A DNA stretch of 64,000 bases from an uncultured delta proteobacterium. Lineage in GTDB: Bacteria; Myxococcota_A; Polyangia; Haliangiales; Haliangiaceae. The notes beneath the pieces were generated by a model. That model saw only the letters and a program-made list of their open reading frames with translations, was not told the origin of the DNA and did no database searches. Position numbers and translations under genes: made by a program. The DNA is taken from positions 544,001 through 608,000 of the forward strand of contig CAVUQH010000003.1 in the NCBI GenBank assembly GCA_963743525.1. Reading direction: 5' to 3'. Positions 36,545 through 46,301 of this stretch are shown one piece after another (position 1 is the first letter of the stretch; every line of letters starts with the position of its first letter).

Positions 36545-36969
36545 TGCTGCTTCTTTCGCTCCTCTGGAGTACTGGGAGCAGCGGCGTGTCGATAGTTGGC
36601 ACTGTGTCGGCTACGGAAAGATGTCGGAGTAATCGGTAACGAGGTCACGGGTGCAACGTGGCGGCGCTGTGACGGAAGCGCGCCGCGCGAGAGTGAGACG
36701 GCGTCGAGTTGTACGGGTAGGTCGAGTCAACGCGGTGCGCAGCGATGATGGTTCGCATTGGCCGACGCTATTCGTCAGCCGAACCTGCTCCAGGGTTCGA
36801 GCAGACAGAAATCTGGCTCGGCATGCAGCATTTTGTGGCACCTCTCGTTGCACGTCCGCGCGTCGCGAGCTGTCTGTTAGCTGCGCGCGTTCTCGTCGAG
36901 GCTAAGCGACAACGTCTAGCGACTTGTTTGCGGGAGGCCGCCGGAGGAGTGAGGTGCACGCAGATAGCC

Positions 36970-37500
36970 AGAGCATTGTGGTGCTGGACGACAATCTGCC
37001 TGCTCGGTGAACATCTCGAGCAGGTGCAAAGCCATGGGGGGATCGCCTGCTCGGTACGACACCTGGAGGTCGGCCTCGCTGCGGCGGCCCGCTCTCGAGC
37101 ACGGACGTTCTACTCGGCCTGTGGATCCATGGCAACTGCGCGTGGAATCTGATCGCGCATTTACGCGCGTTGCGGGGACGACTCGGCCCCGCTGCGCATC
37201 GTTGTGGCGACGTGGTACCGTCGGTAGCCGCGGCCACGCGGTGCGTCGCAGCGGTGCTGACGACTTCCTCTCCAAGGCCAGCCTGAGCGGCGATTTCGCC
37301 CGTCTGCTGGACGCGCCCCCGACGATGGGGTAAGCCGCATCAACCGCGGATACCGTCGTTGGCGCGCGTGCAGTGGGAGTACGTGCACAAGGTGCTGGTG
37401 GACGCCAATGGAAACATAAGCGCCGCCGCGCGCAGGTTGGGCATTCACCGGCAAAGCCTGCAGCGAAGGCTGAAGACCCTGCCGCCCGTAGCTAAGGTCG
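36970..37500 (+). pseudogene. RegA/ActR-like response regulator, frameshifted
   Basis: VLDDN, AVRRSGADDFLSK, PSLARVQWEYVHKVLVDANGNISAAARRLGIHRQSLQRRL. Confidence 0.65.
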
Positions 37501-37705
37501 GAGGCGTCGCACCGCACGCTGGCAGCGAGCGACGCGCGGCTGCTGTCGCGTGTGGCGCAGCGTCGTTCATTGCACGGGTCGCCGCGCGGCGGAGTGGCGG
37601 CGCAACGTTTTGCTGCATTCCGACCGATGCAAAACGGCGCTATGAGATGACCCATCTTTTTTTCGGCGCGATGGCGTGAGTTCAACCGAAAAAGAAAGGC
37701 AAGAC

Positions 37706-38180
37706 ATGAGCAAGCTCGCACTCTCCATGGCTATTGTACTCGGGGTCTTCGCGTTAGCGAAGGGCTGTCCAAGCATCGCGTAAGCATCGTGGGGCCGCGT
37801 GCGTCGGTAACACCACGATCCAGAACGGGACGTACGTGACTGGCGGGTTCGGCGTGAAGGGCGTCTACAACTCCACGGCCCGCTTCATCTGCAACATCGA
37901 AGATGCCACCAACATCTACGGATATTTCTACATCGAATACGGACACACCGACGCCACGTACGCGCGATCACCGTGAAGCTGGTGTCCGCGGGCTACGGCA
38001 GCAACGTGTCACGGTCAATGCCACCTGCAACGCCTACACGAACAACTCCGGATATGGCACCAGGGCCTGTTGGATGGGCGGAAGTTACAACAGCGGCCGG
38101 CACTACTGGTTCGAAGTAACGGTCTAGCGAAACAGCGGTACGGTGCTGCAGAACGAGTTCCTCGGCGTTCACTTCGACTA
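37706..38180 (+). pseudogene. Small secreted protein, frameshifted
   Basis: MSKLALSMAIVLGVFALA start; VTVNATCNAY...YWFEVTV fragment in another frame. Confidence 0.4.
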
Positions 38181-38186
38181 GGTCCG

Positions 38187-38229
38187 CCGCCGCTCGCAGT
38201 CGCCGTCCGCGGGCGACTGCGAGCGGCGG
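38187..38229. terminator. 18-bp perfect inverted repeat between convergent genes
   Basis: ccgccgctcgcagtcgcc-N7-ggcgactgcgagcggcgg. Confidence 0.7.
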
Positions 38230-38244
38230 GGCCAACTTGAAAAC

Positions 38245-38812
38245 TTACGCTCCGCACGTAGGCGGAGTTACAGCGCTGTTGCTCGAAAGCCCGGTGACCG
38301 AGCCGCACTGGCGGAAACCGACGGCTCCGTACAGCGTGCGAGCCCCGCGGTTGACGGCGTTGACGTTCACCTTGGGTTCTCGCCGTCGTCCTCGGACCGG
38401 CGAATGGCAGAAGCCGACGACACGATCGCCTTCGCGGGCCAGAAGCAGCAGCGGATCGCCCCAGGCGAACCGGCCGCAGAAGTCGCCGGTGTCGATCGGG
38501 GCGAAAACAAACCTTCCCGCGTAGGCCTGGTTGTGCAGCTCGGCAAGGGGCGCGGGGCTCGATGACGAAGCGCATGTGGCGAACGGCGCCGTCCGGGGCG
38601 GCGAGAATGCCTGAGGTGAGAAAGCCGATGTCACCTTCCTCGCGCGCGAGGCGGAAGTCAGCGCCGCCGCGGAAGGTCTGGTTCGCTGTCATCGCCTCCC
38701 ACGATTCGCGCGACATCGTTGGCACGGAGTTGTCGCCCTCGTGGACGGGCCGGAAGCACGCCTCGACGAGAGGCGAGTCGTTAGCGGCGTATTCATCAAT
38801 TCGGATCGTCAC
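38245..38812 (-). pseudogene. Internally deleted GNAT copy
   Basis: Homologous to 42764-43666 (SRESWEAMTAN, ELHNQAYAG, FAWGDPLLLLAREGDRVVGFCHS) with deletions and a frameshift. Confidence 0.85.
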
Positions 38813-38906
38813 GGGTGTTACGGCGGGCGGGGCCGCGATTTCCAGAGCTCACGCGCGGCAAAGTAACAGCTAGCCGCCGCCGTCGCCGTGAGATAATGGC
38901 CCCACG

Positions 38907-41900
38907 ATGGTGGGGGCCCTGCTGGCCGATCGGTTCCGACTCGTCCGGACGCTGGGCTCCGGCGGGATGGGCGTGGTGTACGAGGCGGTCAACACCCGCA
39001 GCGGTGGTCGGGTCGCGCTCAAGACCCTGCAGCAGCTCAGCCCGCGCGGCATCGCCCGGTTCAAGAACGAGTTCCGCGCCCTGGCCGACGTCGTCCACGA
39101 CCACCTGGTCGGCCTCTACGAGCTGTTCGCCGACGAAAGCGAGCTGTTCTTCACCATGGAGCTGGTCAACGGCGTCGACTTCATGTCGTGGGTCAGGCCG
39201 ATGCCGCCGGGCTCCGAGCCGACCGCGCCATCGACGGAGACCGGCGCGGCCACCGGCGACACGCGCACGACCATCGTGGGAAGCTCGATATCGCGCCCAC
39301 AGCAGAGCAGCGAGCGTTCGCACAGCGGTGAGCTGGACATCCGCCGACTGCGCACGGCGATGCGCAAACTGGCCGAAGGGGTCGCGGCCATTCACCAGGC
39401 CGGCATGCTGCACCGCAATCTCAAGCCGTCCAACGTCCTGGTCACGAACGACGGCCGCGTGGTCATCCTCGACTTCGGTCTGGTCACCTCGTTGTCCGAG
39501 GAGCACTACTCCGGTGACGACCGGGCGCGGGTGGGAACGCCGACGTTCATGTCGCCCGAGCAGGGTGCGCGGCAGTCGCTGACGTCGGCCAGCGACTGGT
39601 ACAGCGTCGGCGTCATGCTCTACCTGGCGCTCTCCGGGCGCCCGCCGTTCGTCGGCGGCAACGACGACGTGCTCATGGACAAACAGCAGTTCGAGCCGCC
39701 GCCGCCCAACGAGGTCGCCGCCGGCGTTCCCGCCGACCTGGCGGCCTTGTGCATCGAGCTGTTGCGCCGCGACCCGGAGCGCCGGCCGACCGGAACCGAG
39801 GTGTTGCGCCGGCTGGGCAGCAAGATGGTCCAGCAGCTTGCGGGCAGCAGCACCGGGACCAACTCGCACACCAGCGACGCGCTGCTGGTCGGTCGAGAGG
39901 GACATCTGGCGGCGCTCCACCAGGCCGAGTCCGACGCCGCTGCCGGTCGCGCGGTGGTGATGTCCGTCCACGGCCCGTCGGGCATGGGTAAGTCGGCGCT
40001 GATCTCGCGGTTCGCCGGCGCGATGCGCGAAGACGCCGTGGTGCTGCGCGGCCGCTGCTACGAGCAAGAGTCGGTGCCGTTCAAGGCCATCGACGGCGTC
40101 ATCGACGAGCTCGGCAGCTACCTGGCCACGCTCGAACGCCTCGACGCCGAGGCGCTGATGCCGCGCGACATGCCGTCGCTGGCGCGCGTCTTTCCCGTGC
40201 TGCGCCAGGTCGAGGCCGTGGCCTCTTCGCGCGGTCGCAGCGCCGAGGCGCCCGATCCACAGGAGCTCCGGCGCCGCGCGTTCCTGGCGTTGCGCGAGCT
40301 GTTGGCCCGGCTCACCGATCGCACGCCGGTCTTCATCGCCATCGACGACGCGCAGTGGGGCGACATCGACAGCGCCGCCGTGCTGGCGACGGTGTTGCGC
40401 CGCCCCGACCCTCCGCCGGTGTTGGTCCTGATCAGCTTCCGAACCGACGAGCGTGTCGCCAGCCCCTTTCTCGGCGCGTTCGAGCGCTGGCTGGAGGACG
40501 AGGGGCTCGACCTGCGCAGCCTCGAGGTCGGGCCGCTGGACGTCGCCGATGCCCGCAGGCTGGCCAGCGTCCAGCTGGGTCGTCACGCGGGCGCCGACGT
40601 CGCCCAGCGCATCGCCGACGAGTCTGCCGGGAGCCCGTTCTTCGTCGAAGAGCTGTCGCGCTACGTGGTGTCCCGCGGCGAATTGCCGTCGGCCGATAAT
40701 GTGTCGCTGGACGGCGCCTTGCATGCGCGCCTGCAGCGCCTGTCGGACGACGCGTCTGCGCTGCTGTCAACCATTGCGCTGGCGGCTCGGCCGCTGCCGG
40801 TCGAGACGGCGATGCGCGCCGCGCAGGTCTCGGATCCGTCGGCGCTGTCCCTGCTCAAGGCCGGCAGCTTCGCCCGCACCAAGCTGCTGCACGGCTCGCG
40901 ACACGTCGAGTGCTTTCACGACCGCATCCGTGCCGCTGTCGCCGGTAAGTTGTCGGCATTGGAGAGGCAGCAGCGGCACCGCCGGTTGGCGGTCGTGTTG
41001 GCGATGAGCCCCAACGCCGATCCGGAATTGCTGGCGGCGCACTATCACGGCGCCGGCGAGCTGGTCGTGGCGGCCAAGTTCGCCGCCGAGGCCGGAGCTC
41101 GAGCCAGCCAGACGTTCGCGTTCGAGCGCGCCGCCGACCTGTATCGCCTGGCGCTGGAGCTCGATCCGGATACCGGTGAGCGCGTCAACCTGCTGGTCGC
41201 GCGCGCTGACGCCCTGGCCAACGCCGGCCGCGGTCCGGCGGCGGCCGCGGCCTATCTCGACGCCTCGGAGCTGGTCACCGGCGCCCAGCACCTGGATCTA
41301 CTGCGCGCCGGCAGCCAGCAGTTGCTTCGAAGCGGCCATATCGACGAAGGCCTCGAAGCCCTGTCGCAGGTGTTGGCTTCGCAGAACATGAGTCTGCCGC
41401 ACACGCCAAACCGCGCGCTGTTGTCGATGGTCGGTTCGCGGGCGCGAATCGCGACCCGCGGGCTGCGTTTTCGCGAGCGCGACGAGAGCGAGATTCCCGC
41501 CGCCCAGCTGCGCCGCCTGGACGTCCTGTTCAGCGTCTCGTACGGCCTGGCCATGGTCAACGCCATCCGCGCCGCCGCCATGCAATCGCGCTATCTGCTC
41601 GAGGCGCTGCGGCTCGGCGAAACCCGGCGCATCGCCTATGGCCTGGCGGGAGAGGCCGCGTTCGTATCGCTGGTGGGCGAGAAGGCCCGCCGGCGGACCA
41701 CCAAGATCCTCGACCTCTTGACCGAGCTCGGCGGGCGCAGCGACGACCCGGCCCTGCACGGCATCGTCGAGGCGTCCAAGGCGATCGTTGCGTTCCAGGA
41801 GGGCCGCTGGATCGAGTGCTACGACCAGTGCTCGAGGGCCGAACAAATCCTTCGCGATCAGTGCAGCGACGTGAACTGGGAGCTGTCCACGGTCAACGTC

Positions 41901-42656
41901 TTCACCTCGTTCGCACTGGCGTTCCTCGGGCGGACCCGCGAGGTCAGGGAACGGCTGCCCACGCTCATCACCGAGGCCTACGACCGCGGCAATCTCTACG
42001 CCGCGACCACCTTGCGCGCGTCGGTCGGCTTCTACAACTACCTGGTCGCCGACGACCCGGCCGGTGGCATCGCCGACATCGACGACGCCATGGCCGCCTG
42101 GTCGCCGCGCGGCTTCCACCTGCAGCACGCCCACGAGCTGATGGCCAAGACCAACCTGGACCTCTACGCGGGCAACTATCAGCAAGCCGTCAACCGCTGC
42201 CGCGCGCGCTGGAAGCCGCTCGCCCGCTCCTATCTGCTGCGCGCCCAGGTGGTGCGCGCCCATGCCCACGTCTTCACCGCCCGCGCCCACCTGGCGCTGG
42301 CCTCCCGAACCGGCGATGCCAGCTCACTGCGCGCCGCCGCCCGTTTCGCCCGCTCCCTCGAGCGCGAAGGCCCGGTCTACTGCCTGGGCTTCGGCCGGCT
42401 GCTCCACGCCGGCATCGCCTCGCTTCGCGGTGATGCCGAAACCGCCCTCCGCCAGCTGGTCGAAACCGAGCAGATCTTCGACAGCTGCGACATGACCCTC
42501 AACGTCATGGCCGCCCGCCGCCAGCGCGGGCGCCTCCTCGGCGGCGACGAAGGCGCAGCCCTGATGACCAGCGCCGACGACTACTTCACCCGCGAGGGTT
42601 ACCAGCGCATCGGCCGCGCCGTCTCCGTCGTCGTCCCCGGCTTCGGCGACGACTGA
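38907..42656 (+). CDS. Ser/Thr kinase-AAA ATPase-TPR-like protein
   Basis: LGSGGMGVVY, HRNLKPSN, DFGL, GPSGMGKS, IDDAQWGD. Confidence 0.92.
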   Translation: MVGALLADRFRLVRTLGSGGMGVVYEAVNTRSGGRVALKTLQQLSPRGIARFKNEFRALADVVHDHLVGLYELFADESELFFTMELVNGVDFMSWVRPMPPGSEPTAPSTETGAATGDTRTTIVGSSISRPQQSSERSHSGELDIRRLRTAMRKLAEGVAAIHQAGMLHRNLKPSNVLVTNDGRVVILDFGLVTSLSEEHYSGDDRARVGTPTFMSPEQGARQSLTSASDWYSVGVMLYLALSGRPPFVGGNDDVLMDKQQFEPPPPNEVAAGVPADLAALCIELLRRDPERRPTGTEVLRRLGSKMVQQLAGSSTGTNSHTSDALLVGREGHLAALHQAESDAAAGRAVVMSVHGPSGMGKSALISRFAGAMREDAVVLRGRCYEQESVPFKAIDGVIDELGSYLATLERLDAEALMPRDMPSLARVFPVLRQVEAVASSRGRSAEAPDPQELRRRAFLALRELLARLTDRTPVFIAIDDAQWGDIDSAAVLATVLRRPDPPPVLVLISFRTDERVASPFLGAFERWLEDEGLDLRSLEVGPLDVADARRLASVQLGRHAGADVAQRIADESAGSPFFVEELSRYVVSRGELPSADNVSLDGALHARLQRLSDDASALLSTIALAARPLPVETAMRAAQVSDPSALSLLKAGSFARTKLLHGSRHVECFHDRIRAAVAGKLSALERQQRHRRLAVVLAMSPNADPELLAAHYHGAGELVVAAKFAAEAGARASQTFAFERAADLYRLALELDPDTGERVNLLVARADALANAGRGPAAAAAYLDASELVTGAQHLDLLRAGSQQLLRSGHIDEGLEALSQVLASQNMSLPHTPNRALLSMVGSRARIATRGLRFRERDESEIPAAQLRRLDVLFSVSYGLAMVNAIRAAAMQSRYLLEALRLGETRRIAYGLAGEAAFVSLVGEKARRRTTKILDLLTELGGRSDDPALHGIVEASKAIVAFQEGRWIECYDQCSRAEQILRDQCSDVNWELSTVNVFTSFALAFLGRTREVRERLPTLITEAYDRGNLYAATTLRASVGFYNYLVADDPAGGIADIDDAMAAWSPRGFHLQHAHELMAKTNLDLYAGNYQQAVNRCRARWKPLARSYLLRAQVVRAHAHVFTARAHLALASRTGDASSLRAAARFARSLEREGPVYCLGFGRLLHAGIASLRGDAETALRQLVETEQIFDSCDMTLNVMAARRQRGRLLGGDEGAALMTSADDYFTREGYQRIGRAVSVVVPGFGDD

Positions 42657-42662
42657 CCCCGA

Positions 42663-42703
42663 TCAGGTGTGGGCGATGTTGACGGCGCTGGCGCGGTCGC
42701 GCG
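42663..42703 (-). repeat. Short copy of the pgsA-like 3' end
   Basis: Encodes RDRASAVNIAHT-stop; native copy is RDRASAVNVAQT-stop. Confidence 0.85.
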
Positions 42704-42710
42704 TGAACGA

Positions 42711-42750
42711 CTGACCGGGGTCAGATCCAACTTTTGAAACTTACGCTCCG
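42711..42750 (+). repeat. Left 40-bp inverted repeat
   Basis: Reverse complement matches 44490-44529 at 33/40 positions (hand count). Confidence 0.8.
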
Positions 42751-42763
42751 CAACTAGCGGAAG

Positions 42764-43666
42764 TTATTGTGCTTTGGTCCGGAAGCCGGTCACGGAGCCG
42801 CACTGGCGGAAGCCGATGGCTTCGTACAGCGCGCGGGCTCCCTGGTTGTCGGCGTCGACGTTCAACCGGGCGCACGAGAACTGTCGCCGCTCGCCGTCGC
42901 GCAGCGCGGCGGTGATCAGCGCGCGGCCGAGACCGCGGCGGCGCCACGCGCTGGAGACGACGACACTCTCGATGCAGTACTTCTGCCCGTCGTCCTCGAC
43001 CAGCGAATGGCAGAAGCCGACGACGCGATCGCCCTCGCGGGCGAGGAGCAGCAGCGGATCGCCCCAGGCGAACAGGCCGCGGAAGTCGTCGAGGTCGATC
43101 GGGGCAAAGCCGAAGCTTCCCGCGTAGGCCTGGTTGTGCAGCTCGGTCAGGGCATCCCACGGGACCTCGCCGGTTGCCGTTTGGATGCTCGCGTCGGCGG
43201 GTGGCGGTTGGGCGGCCGGGAACGGGGCGGACAGCTCCATGTCGAGCTCTTCGTGGACGGGCGCGAAGCCGCGCGCTCTGAGAAACTGCGCGCCCGCGCG
43301 CCACTCGGCCGGACACATGCTTTGCAGCACGGGCGGGGCTCCGTCCACGAGCTGCTCTCTGGCGGCATCGAGCAGGCGGGTCGCGATTCCGCGGCGGCGG
43401 GTCTGCGGATCGACGACGATGCGCAGGTGGCGCACGGCGCCGTTCGGGTCGCGGAGGATGCCCGAGGTGAGAATGCCGACGATGACGCCATCCTCACGTG
43501 CGACACGGCAGTCGGCTCCGCCGCGGAAGATCGGGTTCGCGGTCATCGCCTCCCACGATTCGCGCGACAACGTGGGCACGGTTTCGTCGCCGGCGTGGAC
43601 GCGCTGGAAGAACGCCTCGACGAGGCCAGCATCACCAGCGGCATATGCGTCGATCCGGACGCCCAT
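42764..43666 (-). CDS. Tandem-domain GNAT acetyltransferase (intact copy)
   Basis: VDPQTRRRGIA and VSSAWRRRGLG, NQGARALYEAIGF. Confidence 0.88.
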   Translation of the reverse strand: MGVRIDAYAAGDAGLVEAFFQRVHAGDETVPTLSRESWEAMTANPIFRGGADCRVAREDGVIVGILTSGILRDPNGAVRHLRIVVDPQTRRRGIATRLLDAAREQLVDGAPPVLQSMCPAEWRAGAQFLRARGFAPVHEELDMELSAPFPAAQPPPADASIQTATGEVPWDALTELHNQAYAGSFGFAPIDLDDFRGLFAWGDPLLLLAREGDRVVGFCHSLVEDDGQKYCIESVVVSSAWRRRGLGRALITAALRDGERRQFSCARLNVDADNQGARALYEAIGFRQCGSVTGFRTKAQ

Positions 43667-43670
43667 CTGG

Positions 43671-44216
43671 TCACCGCAGCGCGACAGCGCTCAGGCGCGT
43701 GAGCACGCGCAGCGTCTTGGCCTGGGCGCGCAGATATCGTCGGTCGAGCGAGCGCCCGCTGGCGATCGCTCGGATGTCAACTCTATCCTGATCAGAAAAG
43801 CGGAGCAGCTTGAGCAGGATCGCGTCCTCGGCGCTGACGAACGGAAGTCTGGCACCCGACAGGCTGAGATCGACACGTCGCGCGAGTAGTTTTCGTTCCA
43901 ATGACGCGGGGACGAGCAGCAAGTCGACAGCGATTGGCTCAGGATCGCTCTCCGGTGGAATCAGCATGCGCATCATGCTGATTCGCTTGAACTTGATCGG
44001 CCGGCTTTTCGTGCGCAGGAAGCCGAGCGTTTCGCAGGCGGCTCGCGCGTGGGCGATGTCGTCTGCCTCACCGGCGACGACGATGTCGATGTCGACCGTT
44101 GCTCGCGGTTGCGCCCATGCAGCGACGGCGAGACCGCCGGCAATTGCGTGCTCGACGTGAGCAGTGTCCAGCGCCTGGCTGATACGAGCCAGCCAGCCGA
44201 GCAGCGGGTCAGGCAT
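43671..44216 (-). CDS. Nucleotidyltransferase (AbiEii/DUF6036-like)
   Basis: IAGGLAV...PRATVDIDIV, SAEDAILLKL...QDRVDI. Confidence 0.8.
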   Translation of the reverse strand: MPDPLLGWLARISQALDTAHVEHAIAGGLAVAAWAQPRATVDIDIVVAGEADDIAHARAACETLGFLRTKSRPIKFKRISMMRMLIPPESDPEPIAVDLLLVPASLERKLLARRVDLSLSGARLPFVSAEDAILLKLLRFSDQDRVDIRAIASGRSLDRRYLRAQAKTLRVLTRLSAVALR

Positions 44217-44406
44217 GCTCGCGGTAGGCTTTCAGCGTCTCGGCTCGCTGTGCCTGCAAGCGCTTGGCGACAAGGATGCGCACCGTACGTTCGCTCGCCC
44301 GCGGGTGCTCGGCTCGGATCGCGGCCCGCATGATGTCGAGACACGCGGAGGTCATCTCGGCCCATTTGCGCAGGCCGTCGGCGTTCGGGGGGGCGCGGCG
44401 ATCCAT
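44209..44406 (-). CDS. Small partner protein (putative antitoxin)
   Basis: AAIRAEHPRASE motif; overlaps the NTase start. Confidence 0.6.
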   Translation of the reverse strand: MDRRAPPNADGLRKWAEMTSACLDIMRAAIRAEHPRASERTVRILVAKRLQAQRAETLKAYREHA

Positions 44407-44489
44407 CGAATCGATCGTACAACAAGCCGCGGAGGGACCGTCGCGGGGTTGCCGGAAGCGACGGATTCCCGTGGGGTTCCAAGGAGGTA

Positions 44490-44529
44490 CGGAGCAAGAG
44501 TTGCGAAAGTTGGCTCCGACCCCGGTCAG
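44490..44529 (-). repeat. Right 40-bp inverted repeat
   Basis: cggagcaagagttgcgaaagttggctccgaccccggtcag. Confidence 0.8.
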
Positions 44530-44846
44530 GTTTGGGCGACGTTGACCGCGCTGGCGCGGTCGCGCTTTTTTTCGTCGAGGTAGACGTCGCGGGCGCGCCA
44601 GAACTCGATGGCGACGCCGATCAGGGTGACGGCGAAGGCGGCGGCGGCGGCGGGGTTGACGAGGGCGGGGGCGGCGAGGTGTTCGGCGAGGAGGGCGGCG
44701 GCGAGGAGGGCGGAGGCGCCGAGGACGCGGGCGGCCCAGGGGGCGGCGCCGGTGCTGCGGCGGTGGTGGGCGTAGAGGTTGTCGAGGCCGCCGACGGCCA
44801 GCTCCAGGGCGAGGATGCCGATGAGCGGCCAGGCCCAGGCGTGGGT
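44526..44846 (-). repeat. ~320-bp copy of the pgsA-like 3' end
   Basis: Near-identical to 49094-49414, with scattered substitutions. Confidence 0.95.
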
Positions 44847-44954
44847 CAGGTGACGCAGGTCAGATAACTCAGGCCAGGACCGTCTCGTCGTAAGTTCTCG
44901 GGTGCAGTTCGCGGGCAATAGCCTCCTGATGCTGAGGACCGGACTCGCTTTCGG

Positions 44955-45390
44955 CTAACCGGGAGACTTCTCCAGGCGTCGTTTTAGCCTGTAGAAGGCT
45001 GGACGCGACACATCTAGGATACGAGCCGCCGCGGCGACGTTTCCGTCTGCTGCGAGGAGGGCGTCGCGCAGGGCTCGCTCTTGCGCAACTCGCAACGTGA
45101 ACTGGTGTGGGAGTTGTCGCTTCGCACGACGCCGTGCACATCCTCGTCGGAGTATGCTTGGCATCAGCCGTGGCAACGGCGCTGGATGAATGACGTAGTC
45201 CGCGTAGTGCAAGTGGGGGGTGGGTCGAGACGGATCGGCGACCAGTACGAAGACCGAGATTTGCTCCGCCCAATGTTCCGCGAGCAAGCGGAGTGCTGGA
45301 TCGGTGTCATGCCGCGCGACGATTAGTGTCTTCCCCGCAAGGTCACAGGTGAACGCATGCCGTGCGGTTGGCACATAGCGGACTCGCGCC
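44955..45390 (-). pseudogene. Paralog of the Fis-HTH gene at 29997, 5' end apparently lost
   Basis: Shared DPALRLLA, SVFV.VAD..RPT, YADYVI, DGNVAAAARIL motifs. Confidence 0.7.
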
Positions 45391-45392
45391 CC

Positions 45393-46294
45393 GCGAATCC
45401 AACCGGCCCGATCGACTACACCCGCGAGCAATACAACGCGCTCAACAAACCGAGCGACCCCGACACCAACTGGAGCTACCATGGCGCACGCTGGATGGCT
45501 CCGCAGACCGCACGCTGGCTGACGCCCGATCCGCCCGTCAAGGCCCCGGACCCGAAGTTCATGACTCAGCCATGGGCCCTACATCCCTACCAGTATGTGA
45601 AGCAGAACCCGGTCATCTACTGGGACCCTGACGGCCGTGACGCCTACGGGCGTCAGCCGATCAGTCTCAAGGAGGCCGAGCGAGCTGCAGAGAAAGCGCA
45701 GCAGATGGTCAATGTCTTCTTGGGTCAGACCGAGACGACGGCAAGCCCTACTCTTACGATGATGTCGGACCGCGGGCACTCGATTCCATAGTGAACTACC
45801 AGCCTGACGCGGGCAGCCCGAAGTGCAACATTGCCGTCGCCGACCTCGTTGTTGCCGCTCGGTACTACTCGCCAATCGAACCCAGGAATAGCGAAGGGAA
45901 GATCCACTACAAGGGCACGCGGCTGTTCGACAGAGACACTGCGAGAAAGCGGTCCTATATGGACAAGTTCTTCTCCGAGGTGACCCGGGCGCGTGATATC
46001 CAACCAATGGACATCCTTGTGGGAGGCAGCGGCGGACCTGGTGGCCTAATGGCAGTGCACTTCATGTTGGTGCTTTCGGTGGAGCGAAAGGGAAAAACGA
46101 TCATATTGCACATAGTTGATGCGGGGCTGGATCCCGGACTCCGCCGCCGGGTAGTCAAACACGTTGAGCGCTGGTCGCGTAAGGCCGGGGGATACTTCGC
46201 GGGCAACTCGGGCGATTGGGACTACAGAGTCTACAGGTTGCGCAATCAAACCAAGCGGGATTGGTATCCTCGTCCAAAGGCACCCCACGATTAG
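45393..46294 (+). pseudogene. Orphan Rhs core tip plus C-terminal toxin domain (frame break at ~45785)
   Basis: YHGARW...RWLTPDP...HPYQYVKQNPVIYWDPDGR, followed by PKCNIAVAD...QPMDILV...HFMLV. Confidence 0.8.
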
Positions 46295-46301
46295 GTGATT
46301 C

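Noticed and set aside
36836..36852. Sigma54-like TGGCACCTCTCGTTGCA
   Set aside because: GG-GC spacing is 11 rather than 10, in an indel-rich region.
44847..44918. SDLRH resembling a tyrosine-recombinase motif next to a pgsA repeat
   Set aside because: Too short, and no other integrase motifs nearby.
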